A DNA stretch of 64,000 nt from Octopus sinensis (taxonomy: Eukaryota), in NCBI RefSeq assembly GCF_006345805.1, contig NC_043009.1, positions 21,514,001-21,578,000 on the forward strand. The letters are read 5' to 3'. A program made the position numbers and the translations under genes. Numbering within the stretch: the stretch's first letter is position 1; each line of letters starts with the position of its first letter. The notes below the pieces were generated by a model. That model was given only the letters and a program-made list of their open reading frames with translations. It ran no database searches and had not been told where the DNA came from. Below, one piece after another: positions 37,861 through 49,409 of this stretch.

Positions 37861-39850
37861 GTGGACGTGAGTGTGTTGGCTCTGGCCAATTTTGAACTGG
37901 AAAAAAAAAAAGAACAACATCAGCATAAGACCGTAGTGGTAGGTGGATTTATTTTCGGTTTTGCTGGGTGTAATTTGTCAAATAGTAATTGTTTGTGTGT
38001 TGGTAAATTTCACCCAGCTCCGAGGCAATTCTGCCTGCTCTCGGCGGCTGCTGTTTTGTGAATTTAGTGTGAATATTTTGGATTCATTAAAAAAAAAAAA
38101 CAGTGGAAGGGCGTATCCTCGCCCGAATGATTAGAACCTGTTACAGTTGCTGTTGCAGCTACCGTTGACTGTAGCCAGTATTATGTTTGGATTTATTGGA
38201 TTTCTTTTACCAATTACGGGAAAAAACGATTCATACCAAGGAACCTATGTACATTTGGCCAGGAGTACCTTTTCGGCCGAAAATTAATTTATTTTTTTGC
38301 CTGTTATTTTTTTGAACTGTTATTTTTATTTTATTTCTTCCCTTCTGTTGTGTCTTTCCTTCTTCTTTTTATGTGTCTTTCCTCGTTTTTCTATTTTTGA
38401 ACTATATTTGAACTTTATTTAAAAATGGCGAAGGAATTTCTTGTGTCGGACTTGACACCTCCCAAAAAATGGTTAAAAGAGCTTGAAAGAAAGACGGTGG
38501 TGCTGAGGACTTATTCGAAGTCGCTCGACACCATAGCCGTCTTCCCGAGTGCCACAATTTTGAATGAGCTGGCAGATTACATGCCAGCCATTAAATTTTT
38601 TTCACGGGGAGTGAAGTATGCAGCGGTCTGGTTGCTGTTTGACTCCCCCCAAGAAGCTTGCGATTTTGCAAGTCAGCCACTCGAGGAAATCATGTTTCTT
38701 CCAAGCTACTGTGGAAAGAAATTATTGAGAGCTTGGATCTGCGGTTTGCCACCCGGAGTTGAGCCCGAGTGGATAGAGGACTTTATCCGCCGGGGTCTGG
38801 GTGGTAGCAGTACCAAGCGGCTGATTGGGAGAGGTCAAAAGCTGTTTTGACCCTATGGACCCAATCAGCCGAAAGTCTGGTCTTTCCAGATTTTTTTAGG
38901 ATGGCCGGGTCTAGGTATCCGGTGATGCTCGAGGGACGCCCCCCCCCCCAAGTGTCACCTGTGTCTGGAGACCGGCCACATTAAGAAAAACTGCCCCAAG
39001 GACCAAAATAGGATCCTGGAGCAGTTAATAGTGGAATCTCTCCCTGCTCCCTCAATGGAGAGAGAGAAGGAGGAGGATGACGAGGAGGTTTCTACATCCT
39101 CGAAAAAAACGAAAACGAAAGGTGTACAACAATGGTTGACCACCGAAGGACCCGAGGGCTGCAAGAGAGAAGGAGGACCTGTTGCGTGCGTCACAGGAAA
39201 CTCACCCTCTCGCGGCCCAAGGGAAAAAGAAAAACGGGACATCGCCGGCGGGTTGTGACACGCTGCCGGCGTGTCCCAATCCTCCTCCGTCGGGTGTGCC
39301 GTTGGAGGATGAATTTGTGGTCCTCTTCCACAAAGGAGGAACCATAGAAGAAGAAGTAAAGAAAATGGAAAGGAGGGGGCCGATGGGAGGGACTTCTGTC
39401 CTGAGTGGCCTTCACAGGTGGCTGCGGAGGTCCTATGGGATAGTGATCTGTGCAGGATCATAAATTCCTTCCCGGAGGACTCCTATAAATTTATACCTGT
39501 GTGGTCCGGCCTGGAACCGGGTGCATGCTTCAATGAAGCAAGGATACTGGTCGGCCGGATAACCTGAACGAGTCTAAAAAATGTGAAGCATGTGACTTTT
39601 TGTCTGTTTTAAAAAAGAAAAAAGAATTCTGAACACTGGGTTGTTTAAGCAAGAGGTTTATTGCCTCATTGTGTTTTTGGGGGAAAAGGAAAAAAGAACA
39701 TTGTTTTAGAGAAGCGAAAGTCGGCGGGCGCTTTTCGTGTTCTCCCATCATCATCATTTTTGCCTCACCATCATTCATACCGTTAATGTCCATGTCCAGC
39801 CCGCAAAGCTGCCATCTGTGTAACGCCCTTGTGACAAATTATATGAAATA
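37861..39850 (+). mobile_element. ORF1-only element copy G, diverged full-length copy (~2.0 kb); ORF1 38425-39567 disrupted
   Basis: Head GTGGACGTGAG; MAKEFLVSDLTPPKKW...; CHLCLETGHIKKNC encoded near 38955; stop TGA at 39565-39567; 3' UTR; then SINE. Confidence 0.85.
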
Positions 39851-40238
39851 AAGTAGCTTGCTTACCAAGCACATGGTTCCGGGTTCAGTCCCATTGCGTG
39901 TGCGTGGCACCTTGGGTAAGTGTCTTCTACTATAGCCTCGCGCCGACCAAAGCCTAGTGAGAGGATTTGGTAGATAGAAACTGGAAAGAAGCCCGTCGTA
40001 TATATGTATATGTATATATATGTGTGTTATTGTGTGTCTGTGTTTGTACCCCCAACATCGCTTGACAACCGATGCTGGTGTGTTTACGTCCCTGTAACTT
40101 AGCGGTTCGGCAAAAGAGACCGATAGAATAAGTACTAGGCTTACAAAGAATAAGTCCTGGGGTCGATTTGCTCGACTAAAGGCAGTGCTCCAGCATGGCC
40201 ACAGTCAAATGACTGAAACAAGTAAAAGAGTGAAGAGA
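39851..40238 (+). mobile_element. tRNA-derived SINE lacking its first ~20 nt, abutting the 3' end of copy G
   Basis: AAGTAGCTTGCTTACCAAGCACATGGTTCCGGGTTCAGTCCC...CCAGCATGGCCACAGTCAAATGACTGAAACAAGTAAAAGAG; homologous to 44970-45352. Confidence 0.9.
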
Positions 40239-40560
40239 GTATCTATATAATGGAGTTTCAATGTTTAACACCCCACAACCCAATATGGAAGGACGAGCAA
40301 CCACCATCTGTGCTCATACTGCAATTTTTAGAGTGGCACTGAAGTTATGTCTCCAAGGCTCAAGCCCGGATTGGGGCTGAGTCAACCTCTTTGAACTAAT
40401 ATTCACTCTTTTGTCACCATTGCCCATCACTTTAAATTACACTCGTTATTGCTGTGATAACATTAATACCATAACAATTATAATTTTAAAGAAAGGAAAG
40501 CAATTCTTTTCATGTGTAGCAAAGAGAACAAATCAAAACAGTCGCACATTTCAAATATTA

Positions 40561-41090
40561 TATTGGGTTGTCCGGAAAGTTCGTGTCGATTTATAGTAGC
40601 TTACCTTTCGATTTATTTTAGAACGTAGTTGAGTCCATACTCGTGAAATAGGATTTGACTACACATCCATTTAGAGCACAGTTTAAGCTATCTTTTCGTG
40701 GAAGAAGGTTTATGTTCCTATAACCTGTGTTATTTTCGGCACTTGATGCTTTGGGAACCAGACAAAAATTGCTGCAGCTCGGCTGGGATGTGTTAACCCA
40801 CCCTCCATATTCACCAGATATTGCTCCTTTGGATTTCAGGTCTCTGCAGAATAGTCTTAATGGTAAAAATTTCAATTCCTTGGATGACGTAAAAAGATAC
40901 CTGGATGAATTCTTTGCCATGAAACCACCTCAATTCTGGGAAGAGGGTATTTTCAAGTTAAAGGGAAAGATGTAGACGCATTGTCCAACAAAATGATTCA
41001 TATTTGGCTGATTTAAAATGTAAAGGCAGGTATTTATTGACCTTTTTCTTTCCTTTAAAAATCGGCACGAACTTTCCGGATAACTCAATA
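40561..41090 (+). mobile_element. Internally deleted mariner with TIRs and TA TSD
   Basis: TIRs TATTGGGTTGTCCGGAAAGTTCGTG / CACGAACTTTCCGGATAACTCAATA; HPPYSPDIAP motif. Confidence 0.9.
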
Positions 41091-41229
41091 TATTATATAT
41101 TTTTTTACGATATATTACGCGCAGAACAGTTGGAATTCTTTGATTTGTCGTTTTTCTTTTCCGTCCTAATTCTTAACCCGCTTCCTTCCCCCTCCCCCCT
41201 CCTCAGTAGACCTAATCAATGATTAACCT

Positions 41230-41231
41230 GT

Positions 41232-41284
<53 letters not shown>

Positions 41285-41613
41285 GATAGACGATAGATAG
41301 ATAAACAGGCAGGCAGACAGGCTGGCAGACAGACAGACATATGTCATATAACAAAGATTTGTGATAATAATAATAACAAGAGTTCATTTGTAAAAAACAA
41401 CTAGCTCTATTGTTAGGCAGATTCGTTCACCTGTTTTATATTAATAACAAGCTTTATAACGCACACACACACACACACACGCAAACACGCACACGTGTGC
41501 GCGCGCACACAAGATAATTTTACGAAAACGGAAGAGCTGTAATTAATCATTTGTATGTGTGTGCTTGCGTGTGTGAGTGTTTGTGTGTATTTGTATGGCT
41601 ATGTATGCGTCTG

Positions 41614-41693
<80 letters not shown>

Positions 41694-41764
41694 TATGTAT
41701 ATACTTATTGGCGCAAACACGCTGTCATAAACATATTTAGCATTAGATATTGGATTTTGTACGC

Positions 41765-41797
<33 letters not shown>

Positions 41798-42390
41798 ACA
41801 GGCAGGCAGACAGGCTGGCAGACAGACAGACATATGTCATATACAAAGAGTATTATTATTGTTCTTTGTCTTTGTAGCTTAATTAGCAATCTAATAGTCA
41901 TTTGTGATAATAATAATAACAAGAGTTCATTTGTAAAACAACTAGCTCTATTGTTAGGCAGATTCGTTCACCTGTTTTATATTAATAACAAGCTTTATAA
42001 ACGCACACACCACACACACACGCAACACGCACACGTGGCGCGCGACACAAGATAATTTTACGAAAACGGAAGAGCTGTAATTAATCATTTGTATGTGTGT
42101 GCTTGCGTGTGTGAGAGGTTTGTGTTATTTGTATGGCTATGTATGCGTCTGTAGTATATATATATAATAAGTATGTGTGTGTGGTGTGTGTGTGATGTGT
42201 GTGTGTGTTTGTGTGTTGTGTGTGTGTGTGTGTGTGTTATAGTATGTAACTTAATTGGGCGCAAACACGCTGTCATAAACATATTTAGCATTAGATATTG
42301 GATTTTGTACGCATTTTGTATATGGTGGTCATTGAGTGCGTTTTCATGTGTGTCCGAGCGTGTGTGTGTGCATGCATGTTATGTATTTTT

Positions 42391-42420
<30 letters not shown>
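41230..42420. repeat. (GATA)n and (GT)n microsatellites within a ~500-540-bp imperfect tandem duplication
   Basis: ATAAACAGGCAGGCAGACAGG at ~41302 and ~41795; AAGATAATTTTACGAAAACGGAAGAGC occurs twice. Confidence 0.85.
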
Positions 42421-42425
<5 letters not shown>

Positions 42426-42471
42426 AGAATCGTCACACATACATGTATATAAGAATCACTTGATGTATATA

Positions 42472-43228
42472 CGAAGTGTAGTCAAAAAGTATCCGATCTT
42501 GATTTTCTTTTTCTTGTTTCTTTTTTTGCACAAAATAATAATGGGTCAGCAAAATCCGTATGGGTGTTATGTGGCTGCGTCCTTCCTGAGCATGGGCAGT
42601 AGGTTGCGCCATTCGCCCGCAGTGACGCGTTGGATACAGACATGAAGAGTGTGCTGTGCGGCTTCTCTTCTTGAGTCAAGATGACCGAGAGCATTGCACG
42701 AAGATACTCTACCAAATACTTGGTGATAAGCAAGCCCAGACTATCGAGAAGATTCAAAAGGCCTTTGGAGATAATGCAATGGGGAAAATAGAAATAAAGG
42801 AGTGGTACAACTGGTCCAAAGATGACCGCATCTCAGTGAATAGTGAGCCATATTGTGGCCAGACATCGTCGCCTTAGTGCGGCGAAAACGACCCAGCCTG
42901 TGGGCAGCAAAAGAACTGGCAACTCCGCCATGACAACACACCCGCTCATTCCGCCCACGTTGTCCAAGCATTCCTCGTCGAGCAAAACACCACATGTTCG
43001 TCAGGTTTCCTCTCCCAGACTTGGTTCCGTGTGAGATTTGGCTATCCCTAAAGCAAAAAAAAAAAACACTCAAGGGAGAAGATTTGAGTCAATAGAGGAC
43101 ATTAAGCAAAATTCAACGGCACAGCTCTACAGCTTCCCGAAAATTGATTTCCAGAAATATTTCCAGCAGTGGCAGGAACGCTGGCAAAAGTGTGTAGACT
43201 CCCAAGGCGAATATTTTGGAGATATTTA
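42472..43228 (+). pseudogene. Internally deleted mariner transposase relic
   Basis: 5' terminus TA|CGAAGTGTAGTCAAAAAGT; HTH-like N-terminus; HDNTPAH; KGRRFESIEDIK...WQERWQKCV.SQGEYF. Confidence 0.85.
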
Positions 43229-43267
43229 AACTAATTAAATTTCATTTTGCAGGATAATCTGCAAACA

Positions 43268-44362
43268 TAGAAGAGTCTAAGGAGCATTTGAGGTACATAC
43301 TGCTTTATCACTTTAAAAGGGGGAACTCTGCAGCTGAAGCAATTCGAAATATTCACTCAGCTTATGGAGAAGAGTGTCTGAATGAAAGAACTTGCAGAAG
43401 GTGGTTTGGAAAAATCAGAAGTGGAAATTTCAACCTTGAGGATGAGGCTCGAACAGGACGTCCAATTGAGTTTGGTGGCAAGCTCCTTTTGGCAGAACTT
43501 GAAAAAGATCATGCAGTTTCAGATGAAGAATTTAAGAAGCAAACTTCATTCAAGCCATGCAATTGTTTACCTTCATCTTCAACAGCTTGGATAGGTCCCA
43601 AAACTCAGAAAATGGATGCCTCGTGATTTGTCTGAAACCAACCGCAAATACCAAATGGACATCTGCTCTTCTCTTCATTCTCGTGAACTCTTCTCGGACA
43701 GACTCATTCTGAACAGACTGGTGACCGGTGATGAAAAATAGGTCTTTTATCAAAATGTTTAGCGTCGTAGACGTTGGCTTAGTGAAGGGGAAAATGTCCA
43801 ACCACAACCGAAAAGGGAACTCCATGCGAAGAAGGTTCTTCTCTCTGATTCATGGGATTGCAAAGGGGTCGTCCACTTTGAGTTGCTACCAACTAATGCA
43901 ACAATCAATGCTCAAATCTATTGTTAGCAATTAGAGCGTTTGAACACTGCTTTGAAGAAAATAAAGACTTGCTTTAGTGAATCGAGAGAAAGTGGTGTTT
44001 CTTCAGGACAATGCAAGACCACACACTGCAAAGATCATGTCACATATGATCGAGAAACTTGACTGGAAAAAATTTACTCATCCATCTTATTCCCCAGACC
44101 TTGCTCCTTCAGATTACCATCTGTTCCGTAGTTTATAGAATCATTTGGAGGGATTAACTCTCGGAACAATTGAGGAAGTTGCAACTGATCTTTCAGAATT
44201 CTTCACTTCGAAACCAAAAGAGTTTTTCACTAATGGAATTAAAAATCTTACGAGTAGATGGAAAGATGTGATCAAATCTTATTATCTAAGAGATAATAAG
44301 ATTTGATCACTTGTTTTTCCTTATTTAAAATCCGAACATTACTCATGAGATGACCTGATATA
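43268..44362 (+). pseudogene. Mariner (DD34D) transposase pseudogene, near full length, with 3' TIR
   Basis: HLRYILLYHFKRG..WF...LED..R.GRP; WMPRDL; VTGDEKW; LQDNARPH; HPSYSPDLAPSDYHLF; stops and frameshifts. Confidence 0.92.
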
Positions 44363-44578
44363 TACATGTGTGTGTGTGTGGGGGGGGGATTCAAATTTAC
44401 AGAAGACAAAAGACGAAGGCAAACAAAGGGAACAAAAAGCAGTGTATTAGTTTGACGCTCGGGAAGAATGGAAGTCTTTACTTTCTCTTTCTAGCCTGTG
44501 CTCTTCAGCAGAAGTATATACATATGCATACATACAGACATACATTAACATAAGATTATATATATATTATATAATATA

Positions 44579-44616
<38 letters not shown>

Positions 44617-44969
44617 ACCTCGCAACACACGGACCTACTACAAGTTTAATGGCTATAGAAGTACTTAATGTTCTGTAGTTAAAAATTTAGATTTAATCGG
44701 CCCAAAATGCATAATAAATACTGCATTAAAATACTTTTTATATGATACATACATATATATATATGTATGTATCATATATATATATGATATATATAAATAT
44801 ATATATATGAGATATATATATATTATATAAATGTATCTATATATGAAATATATATTTATATATATCATACATATAAATATGATATATAAATATATGATAT
44901 ATATATATATATACATGATACGAGAATGAAGAGAAGAGCAGATGTCCATTTGGTATCATGTATATACAT

Positions 44970-45352
44970 GTGTGGTAAGTAGCTTGCTTACCAACCACAT
45001 GGTTCCGGGTTCAGTCCCACTGCGTGGCACCTTGGGCTATTGTGTCATCTACTATAGCCTCGGGCCGACCAAAGCCTTGTGAGTGGATTTGGTAGACGGA
45101 AACTGAAAGCAGCCTGTCGTACATATGTATATATATATATATGTATGTGTGTCTGTTTTTGTCCCCCTAGCATTGCTTGACAACCGATGCGGGTGTGTTT
45201 ATGTCCCTGTCACTTAGCGGTTCGGCAAAATAGACCGATAGAATAAGTACTGGGCTTACAAAGAATAAGTCCCGGGGTCGAGTTGCTCGACTAAAGGCGG
45301 TGCTCCAGCATGGCCGCAGTCAAATGACTGAAACAAGTAAAAGAGTAAAGAG
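44970..45352 (+). mobile_element. tRNA-derived SINE (uninterrupted reference for the targeted family)
   Basis: GTGTGGTAAGTAGCTTGCTTACCAACCACATGGTTCCGGGTTCAGTCCC...GGCGGTGCTCCAGCATGGCCGCAG tail. Confidence 0.9.
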
Positions 45353-45354
45353 TA

Positions 45355-45419
<65 letters not shown>

Positions 45420-45432
45420 ATATATATATATA

Positions 45433-46305
45433 CATCATATAATTAAGGGCTAAAGAGGGTTATTCTAAAGCCAATACACCGATTTATCCACTTATAATCC
45501 GCTTGCTACAGGAGAATTGAAACTGAAAACGGGCAACTAACCTTTAGAAAATTTAAATTTCGTTATCTCTATATTGAATCAATTTCGGAATTAATCTTAT
45601 AAAAAGATATATTCTTTCTTCAGTAGAGCTTTCGATGGGATATAAATAAAATACTCACGTATGATCATGGAAAAAGCACAAGCTAAAAACATAACTACAC
45701 TTGAGTACATCATTTATATCTAAAAATAAAAATTCTTTAAATATACTGCCCACGCTTCCTGATGGATTCCTTTTCAGTAGAGAAAGGGACTTCATCCTAT
45801 ATTGTTAGTAGTAAACTCGCTGCTTGCTACGGGAGGACCGGTAACCATTACAATTTGTAGCGGCGAAAGGTCAAGACGTTGTTTCTGAGGCTGACCAAAG
45901 AATTTTTATTTTTAGATATAAATGATGTACTCAACTGTAGTTATGTTTTTAGCTTGTGCTTTTTCCATGATCATACGTGAGTATTTTATTTATATCCCAT
46001 CGAAAGCTCTACTGAAGAAAGAATATATCTTTTTATAAGATTAATTCCGAAATTGATTCAATATAGAGATAACGAAATTTAAATTTTCTAAAGGTTAGTT
46101 GCCCGTTTTCAGCTTCAATTCTCCTGTAGCAAGCGGATTATAAGTGGATAAATCAGTGTATTGGCTTTAGAATAACCCTCTTTAGCCCTTAATTATATGA
46201 TGTTTATACTTCAACCGTAACGGTTTTTTTAAATACACTGCCCACGCTTCCTGATGGATTCCTTTTCTGTAGAGAAAGGGACTTCATCCTATATTGTTAG
46301 TAGTA
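45433..46305. repeat. Inverted repeat (45433-45737 / 45897-46202) plus a direct repeat of the spacer start (45740-45812 / 46230-46305)
   Basis: Direct reading; PLE-like inverted plus partial-tandem layout. Confidence 0.85.
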
Positions 46306-46351
46306 TATATATATATATGATATATATATATTTATATATATATATGATATA

Positions 46352-46416
<65 letters not shown>

Positions 46417-46418
<2 letters not shown>

Positions 46419-47263
46419 CTAGCAGAATTGCCCGGCGTTGCTCGGGGCTGAATTGCTTGAAAGTACTGTTAATGATTGCACTGAATTATGATGATTATTC
46501 AGGCAAATATTGATATAAGTTTACGCTGGGAGATAAGGACTTAACGATAAAACGTGTGCCATTGCATTGTTTTGGGGGAACCAAATTTCTGATGAGCATT
46601 ATAGGGGCACCAACTTTAAGTTTGAGAAAGTGTGGTGGTAGTCCGGGGTGCTCAAAGGAATTGAGTACCTCTATTGGATAGTTGATGACGTCCTCTGGGT
46701 CAGGAGTTGTATCGATAGACTGATATACATAGACTTCCCCAGGAATGAGTTTTAGCATTTCATCATTAATATGGTGAACGGTTTTATTCCTCGGGGCCAG
46801 TATAGCCTTTTTGCCAATCCAATCCATATTCTGATAATTAGCTTGTAGATCTGGGAACACTGCATCTCTGAGATCAGAAGGCGTCTTAACAATGGTACAA
46901 ATGGAATCGATGGCAATATTACCCTTTTCATCCCCTGGTATTTTGCCTTCGCCAAGTGCAAGGAGGGTGTGAGGAAATGCTGCTGATGTGATATTACGTC
47001 GCATATGAGCACGCATATTGGTGTGAAGTTTGAGAGTTACTTCCCTTTATTTAAAAAAATATGCATTAAAATGGAAAAAAATGATGGTAAATTATTTGTA
47101 AAATCATAGACTCATCGTAGACGCGCGCTAATAACCCAGAAGGGCTCGATATGAATCACAACTATAAGATACCCGGTTTTGGTTAAACTGCATTGCAAAA
47201 TGTGGGAGTAGTTAGGAATCTAAATCGGAGTAGACAGACACACAACCTTTCTTTTATATATAA
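46417..47263 (-). mobile_element. Internally deleted Helitron carrying a Pif1-type helicase fragment
   Basis: 3' end CCCCGAGCAACGCCGGG hairpin + CTAG|T; ORF 46495-47016 AILAPRN...LPPHFLKLKVGAPIMLIRNL...CNGTR. Confidence 0.92.
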
Positions 47264-47264
47264 A

Positions 47265-47942
47265 TATTTTCGTCCTAAAAAACTTTGTATGGATTGAATG
47301 GTTACCTCTATGGAAATATATACACGCACATTATACATACATCTGTGTATAGATGAATATATAAATACATTTAAATATCTATATACACTTTTGGGCGATC
47401 TTTCTTTTTCTTAGAGATAACATTAGATCTTATATTCGACCTAAAAAACTTTGTATGGAGTGAAAGGTTACCTCTATGGAAATATATACACACACATTAT
47501 ACATACATCTGTGTATAGATTAATATATAAATACATTTAAATATCTATATACAGTTTTGGGCGATCTTTCTTTTTCTTAGAGATAACTTTAGATCTTATA
47601 TTCGTCCTAAAAAACTTTGTATGGAGTGAATGGTTACCTCTATGGAAATATATACACACACGTTATACATACATGTGTGCATAGATGAATATATAAATAC
47701 ATTTAAATATCTATATACACTTTTGGGCGATCTTTCTGCTACTTGTATATACTTTAGATCTTATATTCGTCCTAAAAAACTTTGTATGGAGTGAAAGGTT
47801 ACCGCTATGGAAATATATACACACACATTATACATACATCTGTGTATAGATGAATATATAAATACATTTAAATATCTATATACACTTTTGGGCGATCTTT
47901 CTGCTACTTGGATATAGGTCTTATATTCGTCGTAAAAAACTT
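47265..47942. repeat. Minisatellite, ~166-bp unit, about 4 copies
   Basis: TTCGTCCTAAAAAACTTTGTATGG at 47269, 47435, 47601, 47766 and partly 47926. Confidence 0.9.
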
Positions 47943-48923
47943 TCCTGTCACACACTCACGCACACACGCATCCTCACACACACACACACGCACACACACA
48001 CACACACACTCACACACACACGTTAGCTTACAATTTTATTTATATATTTGCGTGTCTATGTGTGTAAAGTGGAAGTGGGAATGTAGAGTGAAATAGTCAC
48101 TCACTACAGAAAGTGAATTAGTTTCACTTTATATTTGCGTGTCTATGTGTGTAAAGTGGAAGTGGGAATGTAAAGTGAAGTAGTCACTCACTACAGAAAG
48201 TGAATTAATTTCACTTTATTCGTTGCACACTGTGTGTGTGCGTGTGCGTGTGGTGTAAACCACATTAAGAAAAGCATTTGACATACACACCAGAATGTGA
48301 GTTTTCTGTAAATTTTGCTTAATTGGAGTTTAAATTTTAAAAACTGGACCTGGCATGACCCGATGCATTCTACTCTTAAAAATGCTAGGTAAATTGTAAT
48401 TGAAGAAATCCTATATTGTAGATTTCTATAACTGACAAAGGGAGGCAGATAAAATCTGCCTTTTATAATAAGAGATATATATATGATATATATATTTATA
48501 TATATATGATATATATATATATCATATATATATAAATATGATACATAAATATATGATATATATATACATGATATATATATATATATATATGATATATATA
48601 TATATGTATATATATATGATATATATGTATATATATTTATATATATCATATATATGTATATATGTATATATATGTATATATATATGTGTGTGTGTGTGTG
48701 TGTTATGCGAACGAAGTGTACCAAAATATATTTATTTTCTCTAGTGTGTACCGCAAGCAAAAGAGAAAAAAAACTGCAGAAAAAAGTTCGCGAACGACTG
48801 GTTTTATAACCAGAGGATTTTTCGATGGTTCCAAGTAACCGATGCTTTTATGTATAGAGCGATTCTTCTAGTTAGAAATGAATGAAGAAATTAGTGGCAT
48901 TTTTCTGCTGCTGCTTCCATTTA

Positions 48924-49294
48924 TCTCTCTATATATAACGGCAGTTTGTCTGTCTGTATGTCTGTGTGTCTGTCAGGTTGTACCCTCACCCTGACCACGG
49001 CTTTCAACCGATTCTGATGAAACTTGACACACACATAGCCCAATGTCATAATTCAAAACTAACGCAGCGAAAATTTTGAAAAGTTCCCCCAGTTCTGAAA
49101 AATATCGATAAATTCGACATGGGATCGAGAATCAGAAGCACAAACCACAGACTATCTAGGGGACGCAACTCGACCTTTTTAACTCTCAAAAAATTTTACC
49201 ATAATTTTTTCCCCATTTTTTGGCTATAACTCTCTAAAAATGCTTTATAGTTATTTCCCTTACAAACCCGAGCAACGCCGGGTGATACTGCTAG
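48924..49294 (+). mobile_element. Non-autonomous Helitron
   Basis: A|TC..TATATATAA start, (GTCT)n tract, CCCGAGCAACGCCGGG hairpin, CTAG|T end; same 3' end as 46417. Confidence 0.85.
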
Positions 49295-49366
49295 TTAATT
49301 ATAAAACAATACAACTGAAGTATGTTTAGTTAACCGGAACACGAGTTCCTTATACAAAGCTTCTAC

Positions 49367-49400
<34 letters not shown>

Positions 49401-49409
49401 GTTTATATA

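Noticed and set aside
1270-45050. tRNA-like sequences at 1276, 8543, 29530-29594, 39851 and 44970
   Set aside because: They lack a complete acceptor stem and continue into SINE bodies, so they are SINE heads rather than tRNA genes.
47265-48220. Regularly spaced repeats resembling a CRISPR array
   Set aside because: Units are contiguous tandem copies with no unique spacers, there are no cas genes, and the context is eukaryotic.
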